Positions 12,116 through 23,654 of a stretch of DNA of 64,000 bases are shown in pieces (position 1 is the stretch's first letter; each line of letters opens with the position of its first letter). A program made the position numbers and the translations under genes. Below the pieces are notes generated by a model, which saw only the letters and a program-made list of their open reading frames with translations, was not told the DNA's origin and did no database searches. Source of the DNA: Flaccisagitta enflata (taxonomy: Eukaryota); the NCBI GenBank assembly GCA_965153355.1, contig OZ231126.1, positions 28,458,001-28,522,000 on the forward strand, written 5' to 3'.

Positions 12116-12862
12116 ATCGCAAAAGCGTTCCATGGTCAGCTGTACCCAATGCCCCGATGTTGGCGTATGTAAGGATGAGATGGTGAGAGGGGCTGTTGCC
12201 CAAGAGAGGCTGATGACCTATGATTCCACATAGGGCAATTCTCTCCAGTTTCAATTTTCCTTTTTTTGACCAATGGGCCTGATTTGAGGTCTGAGATGCC
12301 CAATTTGGGGTATTAGCGGCTTCATTTGAGGCCAGATGGCCAGAAGGCCAGAGCTAATAAGAGTGATTTGTGCCTGGGTGGAGGAGACTAGGGCAAATGA
12401 AGGTTTGAAAAGCTGATTTTGGGACTTAAAATGTCTGAATATGGGTCTGGGAGGTTTGAATTAGGGAATATGGAGAGGCCAGATTTGGGATCTGAGAGGC
12501 CTGACTGGGGTCTGACTGGCCTGCATCCGGGTTTTAGAGGCTTCATTGTGGATCTGAGGCTTGATTTGGGATCTGAGAAGCCTAATTTGGGGTCCAAGCT
12601 AGGGTCTCAAAGGCCTAATTTGAGTCTGAGAGGCTAGATTTGAGGCCTGAAGGCCTAATTTTGGGTCTGTGAGCCCTGATTTTGGGTCTGAGAGGCCTGA
12701 TTAGAGGTCCGAGAGGCCTAATTTGGGCTTATGTAGGCTTGATTTTAGGCTTGGCAAGCCTGGTTTGAGGTTTCAGGGGGGGGGGGGGTGGATGGTCACC
12801 AGAGAAAATTGCCCTATGTGGAATCATAGGTCATCAGCCCCTCCAGAGCCGCTGCTCAAAAA
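12113..12862 (-). mobile_element. HINE family B copy, diverged
   Basis: CGCAAAAGCG...TGGTCAGC 3' end, inverted TGATGACCTATGATTCCACATAGGGCAATT pair and a degenerate 21-bp internal array. Confidence 0.65.
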
Positions 12863-13188
12863 GGAACAAGGCCATAAACACAGCTACTCCAGTCACGTTC
12901 ACATGATCAGGTCCGTGGGCTGTATTTCATGTCACTCTGGCATTTGGACTGAAGCAATAAGGCCAAAGACTGCGAATAAAAGTAAAGCGTGACAGACTGA
13001 CCAACAGAGGTCGGCAAAAGTCGCGGCCAGTAGAGCAAGGGCAGCACTATAGTTCTTCAGAACTGAAGTTGACAATATTAATCTCTTTCATACCTTACAC
13101 TATGCACAATATTTTTTATATCATAAAAAAGATTATTCAAAAATGTTACGGAGGAATGGAAGGAAGAACCGAAGAACCAATGGTTGTA

Positions 13189-13362
13189 CAGTTAAGCTTC
13201 ACTAGAGCGCATTCTAAGGGACTGAGCTAAATTATGCCTTATAGTGAAGCTGCCTTATTGCCAATATGAAAATAAATACAAAATCTTTCATGGGACTGAA
13301 GGTTGTATGCCTTATAGGCGGGCATGCCTTGTTAGCGGGTGCGCTCTAGTGAAGCTCAACTG
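13189..13362. mobile_element. Tc1/pogo(Tigger)-type MITE, TA TSD
   Basis: TA|CAGTTAAGCTTCACTAGAGCGCA ... TGCGCTCTAGTGAAGCTCAACTG|TA. Confidence 0.85.
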
Positions 13363-14074
13363 TATTTCTTTAGAAATTATGAACTGATTCCCTTTTTTAG
13401 TCAGACTAGCAACTCTAAAAGGGACTTTTTTCTCTGTTGGTCCGTCAATCTGTCCATTAGTTGGTCATTCCATCAATCCGTCCATTGATGTGTCTGTTGA
13501 TCCATTGATTGGTCCGTACCGCACAAGTGGAAAAGGGTCAACCCACGCATTGGATTATGAGAGACAGACGCTAATGCTTTCAAAAGCAGACTCATCGCTT
13601 GAATCTCTGACAGTTTTTGAATTGGCAGTCTTCCTTTGAAATTCGAAGCGCTTTGCTACCCATCTATTCATTTATTGATAACTGTCAGTCAAAATCTGCT
13701 TTTTCTAGGCAAGAAGGAAGCAGTGATGCACGGTGTTCAGTTTTGATTTGTTTCCTGGCACTAGCCCTTCTTGTAATGACGTCAACTGTGTTAAAACAGC
13801 TAAATTTTTTGTTTATTGTGTGCAGGCAAGGAAAGGTGTGTGTTGGCAGATTTAAGGATGTATGTGCTCCTCGGTAGGGTGGAATAATATGCACACCTGC
13901 TGATGGACAGACTGACCAACAGACCAACCAACAGATGTATCAACATGGGAGAGTATAGCATTACGTAGCAGGCAACTAAGCAATGATTTCTATATCATCT
14001 ACTTACCCATGGTAAAAAATGTGTACATGTGTGCATGTGTGTGTGGGACACACATTGGGTGTCTTTCTGTGTTC

Positions 14075-14354
<280 letters not shown>

Positions 14355-15304
14355 AAGCGTGCAAGTGTGCAAATGTGCCAATGTCCTAAAATCAATGTCG
14401 TGTCTTTTTAGTTCCACTGAGAGGAAGGAGGTATTTTGATTGGACACTATCTTTGGTAAAAATGTTAGCTTTTAGTCATTTTGCCCCAAAAATTAGGCCA
14501 CTCAGAACTGCAAAATCAACTCAAAATCTAAAAGCAGATAAAACTACTGCTTCAGAGCTATCAGTAGTGGAAACCCAGGTCATGGATGGTGAAATTTCAT
14601 CATGATCATGACAGCTAGTTTGAGACTGGACAAAGGTGATAGCGGCGGGAGAAATCGATTTTTTCAAATTTCTACATTCATAAGTATTACAGTCCCAAAC
14701 ATTTATTACCTATACAAGGGTTATCTCCAAAAAACTCATCTTTTACGTCCTCTATTAGGCATCCATCCACTGAATCACGAATGCCCATTTCACTAAAGCA
14801 CGAGGCCGTGCTTTTGTGAAATTAGTCTTGACAGGGCCATTTTCATTATTTTCTTTTGCAATTCAGTGAATAGACCCTTCTCACCAAAACTTCCTCCATT
14901 TAAGAGCAAAAAAGAAAAGAAGGAAAAAGGAAGAAAAAGAGAGAAGGGAGGGTGACAGAATCCGCGCTTATCCTAAATGTTTTAGGGTCAGGTAGAGGCA
15001 ACAAAACAACAGCCGCTTTAAGTCCAATAAAACTCCCTCCTTATAACGTTGTTGTTTTTTATTCTTTATGAGGTAAAGAAAAGAAAATGTTATGACTTAA
15101 TGGCCGCTATAACTGTCCGCGCTAAGGACCGTACAGCGGCCCCAATTTGGGCCACGTCATATCTCCGAAAATTCCGCTTCCAAACGAAAAATCGATTATA
15201 ATTCGCACTCGATTCAGGGTGAGGCGTCTTGCATCTACAAGTTTAGAAATTGCTCAATATTCCAAATTCTCGCGAGTAAGTATGGCGATCCCTTCTTAAC
15301 ATCA

Positions 15305-16156
15305 ATGACGTATGTGGGACTTTTGTTCAACGTACTCGTCATCATCGTCATTCAAGAGCGGATGCGACTGGATCAAAGGCGATCTCAAGCGCAGATTCAT
15401 CTCACTGCATTGGCCTTCTCCGACATCGCGGTGCTCGTCGGTTCAAATGCACTGACATTCATCAGTTGGCGGTGCGAGTTCTGCTTGCCCTGCAGCCAAG
15501 CCAGACGCTGCATGGCGTCTTTTTATGGCGCTATGTTTTTCTATATTCTCTGTCTCTTAGTAAACCGATCAATGACCCTTTACATATCATTTGTCCGAGC
15601 TTGGTCTCTCAAGAGTACCGCGAACGCGCTTCGTAGTCAAGGCAAATCGCAAAAAAGGATTTTCATAGAACTTGTTGTCTTTACCACTATCATCACTATC
15701 GTGAATTGTGTCATTACGGAGTTAACCTTTAACTTTCTCCCCGACTTGTTGGGACGTCCTAATCACGTAATTTTTGCTTGGTGCGGTGTTGTCATTGGCG
15801 CTACGATACTTGTCAGTGAATTTATTCTCGCGAGTTTTGTTCTCATCAAATTGAGAATGAAACGGAATTCGGCCGATCGTGAATTCCGGACATCAAGCGA
15901 AGTGGATTTTGAAAGATTAGTCGCGCTCGTGGCTTTGGTCTTCTGTTGTAGCTTGGTTATCAATTTGATTGATTATGTCGACCGTTTACATGCCAAGGAT
16001 GAGTTGAGTGCGAACAGTAATTTTTGGAATCATTGGGGTACAATATCTACAATCGTCAATTCGAGCATTAATCTCATTATTTACCTTACTGCTTCTCGTA
16101 ATTTTCGCGCCGCTTTTATCGTATTTGGCGCAAAAGTCAAAAGATGCATTGCCTAG
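15305..16156 (+). CDS. Class A (rhodopsin-like) 7TM G-protein-coupled receptor, peptide-receptor/chemoreceptor-like orphan
   Basis: 283-aa ORF with seven hydrophobic segments: TM1 Asn (LLFN), TM2 LAFSD, TM3 end YISFVRAW, TM7 NSSINLIIY and helix-8 SRNFRAAF. The frame stays open upstream to 15113, so the true N-terminus is probably longer. Confidence 0.88.
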   Translation: MTYVGLLFNVLVIIVIQERMRLDQRRSQAQIHLTALAFSDIAVLVGSNALTFISWRCEFCLPCSQARRCMASFYGAMFFYILCLLVNRSMTLYISFVRAWSLKSTANALRSQGKSQKRIFIELVVFTTIITIVNCVITELTFNFLPDLLGRPNHVIFAWCGVVIGATILVSEFILASFVLIKLRMKRNSADREFRTSSEVDFERLVALVALVFCCSLVINLIDYVDRLHAKDELSANSNFWNHWGTISTIVNSSINLIIYLTASRNFRAAFIVFGAKVKRCIA

Positions 16157-16819
16157 TAATACCTAATGGTCATAATGCTTTGTAAAACAAATGACTGATC
16201 TGTAAACTGTCATCTGCCCTTTACATGCATGGAAAAAGAAGAAAAAAAGTTTCCTTCGCTGTTAGCGTCTACTTAACTGTTAGCGACAAATTGTCATTTT
16301 GAATAGGTTTGAAAAAATATGATAGAATCTTACATCTAGCGATGAAAGGGCCTCTTTCTTTGAAATTTGAATCTAACCTAACACATAGATACATAGAAAA
16401 TCAACGTCCAAGGATTAAATGAAATCCGTTTCAATAGTTCCAACAATTTCAATCTGGTCCTCTCGTTTTGTTTTCACGCGCTTTTGAATGTTACCATTAG
16501 CCATAGAAACTCAAATCAACATGGAAGCCCGATACAGGGCCAACATCGGTATTTTTAGTCACACTTTCTTTGCGTGTTATCCAGTGACACACCCACGTAC
16601 ACAGCTAGCACGTGATTTGACATTCTAGGCACTTCTATGGCATAAAATGACTTCTACGGCTTCGACTGCTTAGAATTAGAAAGCGGATTTTCTTGCGCGT
16701 CATTTGCCTCTTTTTTTTTCTTTTATTTCCAGCGTCATTTCCTCCGTTTCAGCCAATTGAACCTTTTTGCGCCTTTACTCACTTTGTTACTCTACTCAGT
16801 GGGGAGATGACGGGGAAGA

Positions 16820-17175
16820 GTTAAAATGAGGTGGGGCGTAAAGAAGAGAAATGAAGCGTGTTAGTTGTAAAAATGATATGGGGCGTATAGAAGAAAGATA
16901 GAGTGTGTTAGTTGCTAGGTTGTGGTGGGAAGTAAAGAAGAAAGATGTGTGTTAGTTGTTGAAATAAGGTGGGGCGTAAGAAGTGAATGGGAGGCTAAAG
17001 GCGTGTTAAGCGCCAAAATGAGGTAAGGCATGAAGAAGTGTAACGAGTTTTGTTAGGTGTTAAAATGCGGTGGAGCGTAAAGAAGTGTGTGGGTGGATTG
17101 AATTAGGTGTTAAGATGGGGTGGGGCATGATAAGTGTGACGGGGTGTGTGAGGTGTTGAAGATAGGAGGGATACT
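16820..17175. repeat. Degenerate tandem repeat of about 45 bp (GTGTTAGTTG...GGTGGGGCGTAAAGAAG)
   Basis: Recurrent GGGGCGTA / GTGTTAG motifs at roughly 43-47 bp spacing. Confidence 0.6.
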
Positions 17176-17235
17176 AAAGTGTCATAAGAACGTGGCACGT
17201 AACAAAAACTAAGCTGGGTGTTCGGATTATTGCTA

Positions 17236-17645
17236 CTACTCAACTCAATAAAAAAGCCGCATTTTTAAAATTTTGATTGACATATTGAATTTCAAAATAA
17301 CTAATTGAAATCTTAGATCATTACAAAGCTCTTGAAAAGATCTTTCATTTGGCTCCAATCTGGCAATTCTATCTTTATTCGTTTAGAAATGGCATAAGAA
17401 ATGATAGAAACATTGTCATTATCAATTTGCAATCCCATTGATAAATATGCATTCTTACAAATTTGAAGATAACTTTTACAAGCTCTAGCTCCTAAACCCT
17501 TTGAGATACAGATCTGGGATTGGTCTAGAATGAGAGAAAATATAAAAATCTATGAAAATACTTCAACAAAAAAATGTGTTATCGATTTTTTTTTCTTTTT
17601 CATCAATTCAAAATAGGGTGCGGCTTTTTTTTTTTAGTCGAGTAG
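17236..17645. mobile_element. Tc1/mariner-type MITE, TA TSD
   Basis: TA|CTACTCAACT...AAAAAAGCCGCA ... TGCGGCTTTTTT...AGTCGAGTAG|TA. Confidence 0.7.
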
Positions 17646-17822
17646 TAATAGAGGTGGGTTTGTTGGTAGGTAGGTTGGTGTGCAGGTAGTTCTTGAGATA
17701 GTTGTACAAAAGTGAGAGTTTGCTACGCACCGGAAGGTGAAATAGGTAAATTGATAGAAAGAGTTCAAATCGCGTGTCAATTCAGAAGAAAGAATGAATG
17801 GAGCAAAATCTTTTCCACGCGC

Positions 17823-18500
17823 GTCACCGACTTTTAGATGTGACAAAAAGTTCACTCTAGGATGCGTTTAGATAAGATATGGTCTGATGTGTGTTACAAG
17901 CTTTTAAGTGTGAAAAAAGTTCACTCTGGGATGCATTTGACTAAGATATGAACTGATGTGTGTCACTGACTTTTAGGTGGGTCAAAGTTCACACTGGGAT
18001 GCATTTAGAGGAGATATGGTCTGATGTGTGTCAATATCTTTTAGGTATGATGCATTTGAATAATATGTGAACTGATGGTCTGATGTGTGTCACAGACTTT
18101 TATGTGTGAAAAAAGTTCACTCTAGGATGCATTTGAATAAGATATGAACTGAAGTGTGTCACCAACTTTTAGGTGGGACAAAGAATTCACCATGGGATGC
18201 ATTTGAAAAAGATATGAACTGATGCGTGTCACTGACTTTTAAGTGTGAAAAAAGTTCACTCTAGGATGCATTTGAATTAGCTATGAACTGATGTGTGTCA
18301 CTGACTTTTAGATGTGACAAAAAATTCACTATGGGATGCATTTAAAAAAGATATGAACTGATGTGTGTCACCAACTTTTAGGTGGGACAAAAAATTCACA
18401 CTGGGATGCATTTAGATAAGATATGGTCTGATGTGTGTCAACAACTTTTAGGTGTGATGCATTTGAATAAGATGTGAACTGACTTTTAGGTGTGACAAAA
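17823..18500. repeat. Minisatellite of about 69-70 bp, roughly 10 units
   Basis: Unit TTCACTCTAGGATGCATTTGAATAAGATATGAACTGATGTGTGTCACTGACTTTTAGGTGTGACAAAAA repeated with variants. Confidence 0.9.
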
Positions 18501-18825
18501 ATAGGCATAGATGTTTTTCAAAAAAAGTTAGGCTCAGAAACGTTTTCACCTTCTATGGAAAATCAACTGCCTGAAAGAAGTATCCAAAACCATGCTATTA
18601 TTTTGAAGATTGACCCATTCATGACATAACTTAGTCGTTTGTATCCTTTGGTGTGATATTGTGTAAAGAATGGAACCATTCAATAACAGCATGACATAAC
18701 TCAGTCATTTGTAACCTTTGGTGTGTTTTTGTGTTAAGAATGGAACCATTGAAGCGGCGTCTTAATGAAAGCTTTTTCAGAAGGTCATAAAGGTGAATGA
18801 AAGGCGTTGGCACCTTTCACTCCTC

Positions 18826-19411
18826 TTTTTGGGCAGCGGCCCCGAAGGGGACGAAGTCCTGTAGAACACAGGGGGACTTTTGTTCGTCCGTTCGTGTGTT
18901 CGTTCGTTCGTGCGTCCCCCCCTCATTAGGCCTCAAGCCCCAAATCTGGCCTCTGAGACCTCGAATCTGGCCTCTCAGGCCTCAAATCCAGCCTGTTAGG
19001 CCTCAAACCTGGCCTCTTAGGCATCAAATAAGGCTTCTCAGGCCTCAAACCTGGCCTCTCAGGCCTCAAATTAGGCCTCTCAGGCCTCAAATCAGCTATC
19101 TAAGCCTCAGTTTATTGCTCTCAGGCTTCAAATCAGTCCTCTGACCTTTCAAGCCTGAATCCAGCTCTCTCAAGCCTCAAGTCAGCCCTCTAAAGCTTCC
19201 CATTGGCATTCTGAGGCATTATATTAGCCTTCTTAGGCCTCAGTTTAGGCTCTTGGAGACCTTCAGTAAGCCCTCTATAGCATCTTATCCACTTCTTCAG
19301 GCAGGACTTCGTCCCCTTTGGGGCCGCTGCCCTGCTTCCCCTCACTCCAATTCACAATCACTCAAAGCAGGGCAACGGGTATCGCTGACCCTTGCCCTTG
19401 GGCGACCTGTT
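18826..19411 (+). mobile_element. HINE family B copy with 21-bp array
   Basis: TTTTTGGGCAGCGGCCCCGAAGGGGACGAAGTCCTG ... CAGGACTTCGTCCCCTTTGGGGCCGCTGCCC ... TTGCCCTTGGGCGACCTGTT. Confidence 0.8.
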
Positions 19412-19699
19412 ACCTCCCAACCCCCCCCCCCCCCCCATCCTAAACGCTTCCGCCATTGCATCTTCCAAAATAAAGCATCTTTTTGTTTGCTTTTTTTTTT
19501 TCACCTTGCTTTTAAGCTTAAAATCATCTGGAACAGCACTGTACTCTTTTTCCCTTCATTTAATTCCTTTCTAAGTTAAAAGCGGATAGAAGGAAAGGCG
19601 GGTGTCCCAATCTTTGTAGTGTATTGGCATAAAGCAGATAAAATTTGTTGGTCCTTTGTCATCCGTTATTGAGGGGTTTAAATCTATATGGACATGCTT

Positions 19700-20135
19700 T
19701 TGGGCGATGACCTATGTTTTTACACGTCGGGGAAATTTCTCCTCCTTCTTATCCTTCTCCGTCCGTCCACCCCCCTCCCCTGGAATTACAGTCTCGAGGC
19801 CCAAATTCTAGTATTGAGGCCCAAATCTCAGTATCAAGGCCCAAATCCTAGCCTTGAGGCCCAAATCCTAGCCTCGGCCCAGAACCCAGCCTTGAGGCCC
19901 GAATCCCAGCATTGAGGTCCAAATCCTGGCCTGGAAGCCCAGATCCCAGCCTTGAGGACCAAATGCTAGGAGACAAACGGAGGAGCAGAAGGAGGAGGAG
20001 AAATTTCCCCTATGTGTGAAAGCATAGGTCATTGGTCCCTTTGGGGCCGTTGCCCTGCTTTCCCTTCAACTTCAAGCACAACCTCCTTAGGCAGGGCACG
20101 GGTACCCCTACCCACATAACGCTTTTGCTACTTTT
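19700..20135 (+). mobile_element. HINE family B copy, 5'-truncated, 20-bp array
   Basis: GATGACCTATG / CATAGGTCAT inverted pair, (CCTTGAGGCCCAAATCCCAG)-like array, 3' ACGCTTTTGC. Confidence 0.65.
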
Positions 20136-20156
20136 TTTCCTTTCTTTGCCCCTACA

Positions 20157-20762
20157 TTTTTAGTCGCGGACACGCGACTCTACACCTTGCCGTGTTGGTC
20201 GGTAGATCGATAGATCGGTCGGTCGGTCCGTCACATTTTTGAATTCCGAGCGGTTTTTGCATTACTGCTCCTGCCCAATCGTCCGTGACAGGATTGCCGT
20301 GTATCCGCCCTTGTTTTTACTGGAAATCGTTTCCACCGTTTCGTTTGTTACTTTTATTCCATTTGAAAAACACTTTTTTTTAAGATTTCCTCTTTTCACT
20401 TAATTCAATTTCGCGTTTGTCGCAGATTTCTCTCTGACGTCAGTGAGTAATGCCGGCAGCAGCGGAATTAAAGAACAAAATTAAATTTCCGATTAAGTTT
20501 CTTTTAAACGTTCATTTGATTCATATAGAACTTGATCGACCATCTGTGGCTCAGAAGCTGAGAGGATACTTCTTTCTGTCTTTCCTTCGTTTCCTACTTC
20601 TTTCGCCTTTTTCGTGTTTCTTTTTTAGGTCGCGGACACGCGACTCTACACCTTGCCGTGTCGGTCCGTCCGTTACGAATAATTTTGAATTTCGAGCGGT
20701 TTTTTGCATTACGGCCCTTGCCCAACCGTCCGCGACTGTTTCGCCGTGTATCCGGCCTTGTT
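20157..20762 (+). mobile_element. Two short HINE family A copies (20157-20315 and 20622-20762)
   Basis: Each runs GTCGCGGACACGCGACTCTACACCTTGCCGTG ... CCGTGTATCCG(G)CCTTGTT. Confidence 0.8.
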
Positions 20763-20879
20763 TTTCAACAATCTCCAAAATAAGATGAACAACAAATAAA
20801 AATATTCGTTGTTGTTGTTGTTTTTTTTTTCTCATGGGAATCCGGTTCGTCATCCAGGTTTACCTGACATTCAAGAACT

Positions 20880-21625
20880 TTTCCCTCGTCGCTGTCGTCG
20901 TCTCTTTTTCCCTTAAATCTCCTCCTCGCTGTCTTTGCCTCTCCTTTCCCTTTATTTTCCTCCTCGCTGTCTTTGCCTCTTACAAATAACTTCCATTTTC
21001 CTCCTCGCTATCTTTGTCTCTTCGCTTTGTTCTTATTGTCACTATCTTTGTCTCTTCGCTTTATTCTTACTGTCCCTATCTTTGTCTCTTCGTTTTTTTC
21101 TTATTGTCACTATCTTTGTCTCTTCTCTTTACTCTTACTGTCACTATCTTTGTCTCTTCGCTGTATTCTTATTGTCACTATCTTTGTCTCTTCACTTAAT
21201 TCTTACTGTCACTATCTTTGTCTCCGAATTATTCAATCTGCTTCCTTTATCTCCTGTTAATTTCATCTGTTGCTATCTTTGCCTCTCCCTATTTTTTTAA
21301 TCCGCCCTTACCCTAGTCCATAATCACAAGCTGAACGGAGAAAAATGAATTCATCGTTTTTTCCTGCCGCCGCCGTCGCCGCCGCTGTCTTTGTCGCTGT
21401 CGTCTATTTCTCCACCGCCGCCATTCTCGCCATTGTCGTCTATTTCTTCACTAAGGCCATGGTCGCAGTCATCTATTCTTCTGCCACTGTCATTGTCCTT
21501 GTCACGTATTTCTTTGCTGCTACCATTGTCGCCGTGGTCATCTTCTCCACTATCACCATTGTCGGCATCATCCTTTTATCAGCCGCGACCATTGTCGCCA
21601 TGGTCATCTTCTCCACTACTGCCAT
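20880..21625. repeat. Two adjacent degenerate minisatellites (about 38-40 bp TATTGTCACTATCTTTGTCTCTTCG..., then about 33 bp CCATTGTCGCCGTGGTCATCTTC...)
   Basis: Direct inspection of periodic motifs. Confidence 0.7.
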
Positions 21626-23487
21626 CAAGCCCAACAGGCCAACAGTCGCATGCGCTGTTACACAAAACTACACAACTTCATTCTACACACAACCACATAA
21701 CTTCGCTACATACTTAACATACTACACATATTTGGTTACTACATACTTACATACTACATACTTATTTACATACTTACATACTTACATTATTACATACTTA
21801 CCTAATTACATACTTACATATTTACATAATTATATTCACACATACTACATATTTACTTACATACTTACATACATACCATATAATTTACATACCATATACA
21901 TACTTACTTTCACTATTACCACATTTTTTTTATATACTTCATACACTCAGTTATTATCATATATTTTATTTACTTACATACTTACATACTACATACTTAC
22001 ATTGCTTAATATACATACGTATATTATTATTACATTGCTACATACATACATACATACACATATATTACATACATACATACATACTTACATACATACATAC
22101 TTACATACTTACATACTTACTTACATACTTACATACATACATTACTTACTTACTACATACTTACTTACATACTTACACTTTTCATATACTTACCACATAC
22201 CTCACATACTTACTTACATACCACATACTTTTACATACTTACCTTCACATACTCACACACATACTTATACACTTACCTACTTACATACTATGACACATAC
22301 TTCATTTACACACCCTAAATACTTAATACTTACATACTCACATACTTACATACTTGTTATTACTTACAGTACTTACTTACATGTTTACATACTTACATAC
22401 CATTTAATATTTGTTATTACTTCCTCACATACTATACCCATATACTCACATACTTACTTATTATATACTTACATACATACTCACATACTTTACTTACCTA
22501 CTTACATACTTACACACACACATATCTACATACCTACATACCTACACACTTACATACCTACATACTTACATATTTACATACTTATGTACCTACATACTTA
22601 CATACTTATATACTTATATACCTACATACTTACTTACATACTTACTTAAATACTACTTACATACTTACTACATACTTATCTACATACTCATATCTACATA
22701 CCATCACTACATAATTTTACATACACATATATACTCTACTAACATACCCACATTCATACCACAAGACTACACATTACTTTCATGTTATCACCATTTCATA
22801 CTTACATACTACCTACATACCTGCTACTACATACCTACATACTTACATACTTACATACTTACATACTTACATACTTACTTACATATTTACATACCTACAT
22901 ACTTACTTACATACTTACTTACATACTTACATACTTACTTACATACTTACATACTTACATACCTACATACATACATACTCACTTACATACTTATATACTT
23001 ATATACTAATTTACTTATATACTCATATTCTTACATGCCTACATACCTACATACTCACATACTTACATAACTTCATACTACAACTTCATACTTCATAACG
23101 TCTGTCCCAAAAAGTTACATTCTACCACAACGAAAGGTTCAATAAAAGTTGACAATACCTAAAAATAATAAAAATACCATGATACCCAATACTCTTGCAC
23201 ACCTATACACTAAAAAAAATAACTCAAAAACACCTTAAAATACCCATACATACTTAAAATACTCAATATACTCCAAAATACCTAAAAATATCTGGAAAAA
23301 TCTTAAAAAACACCCTGGCACCCTAAATACCCTGAAGTACCCTAAAGTACCCAGAAAAACCTTGAGTACTTTAAATACCTTAAAACCCAAAGTCATAATT
23401 TTAAAAATGTGACGGACATACCGACCTACCGACCGACCTACTGACCGACACGGCAAGGTGTAGAGTCGCGTGCACGCGACTAAAAAA
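21626..23487 (-). mobile_element. HINE family A long subfamily with (TACA/TACT)n core
   Basis: CAAGCCCAACAGGCCAACAGTCGC end, about 1.4 kb of TACATACT repeats, TAACGTCTGTCCCAAAAAGTTACATTCT block, CCGA repeats and a GTCGCGTGCACGCGACTAAAAA end. Paralog at 25249-27380. Confidence 0.8.
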
Positions 23488-23515
23488 ATTCAATTTAAGC
23501 CGTTTGCAAATGCAG

Positions 23516-23654
23516 GAATCCCAACCTAGAACAACTGAAGTCACAAGCCAACTTCAAGAAATACTCGAGAACTACATTTCAAAATGTTGGGATCACCTTC
23601 GCAATGATCACAAGGACATTGTCCCTGCCACTGACAATACAATGGATGATACTT
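23516..23654 (+). CDS. PARP6/8: PARP6/8-like exon (ESQPRTTEVTSQLQEILENYISKCW...)
   Basis: TGCAG| acceptor and |GTGAGT donor. QLQEILENYISKCW resembles the QLKKI...F.SQQW segment of PARP6/8 as I recall it. The in-frame ATG at 23510 is an alternative start. Confidence 0.7.

Noticed and set aside
13685-13800. Minus-strand terminal exon candidate (...DVITRRASARKQIKTEHRASLLPSCLEKADFD*) followed by AATAAA
   Set aside because: No recognisable homology or partner exons, so it cannot be supported from sequence alone.
17823-18500. Regular repeats that might be read as a CRISPR array (also 7880-8300 and 53810-54580)
   Set aside because: Head-to-tail units without unique spacers, eukaryotic context and no cas genes.
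18830-18885. HINE-B GC-rich stem-loops as a hammerhead or other self-cleaving ribozyme
   Set aside because: No conserved CUGANGA/GAAA core across copies. The pairing is explained by the element's inverted repeats.
21345-23070. 434-aa and 219-aa ORFs rich in Thr/Tyr/Leu/His/Ile
   Set aside because: Translations of a 33-bp minisatellite and the (TACA/TACT)n core of a HINE. The same applies to 25138-26996.
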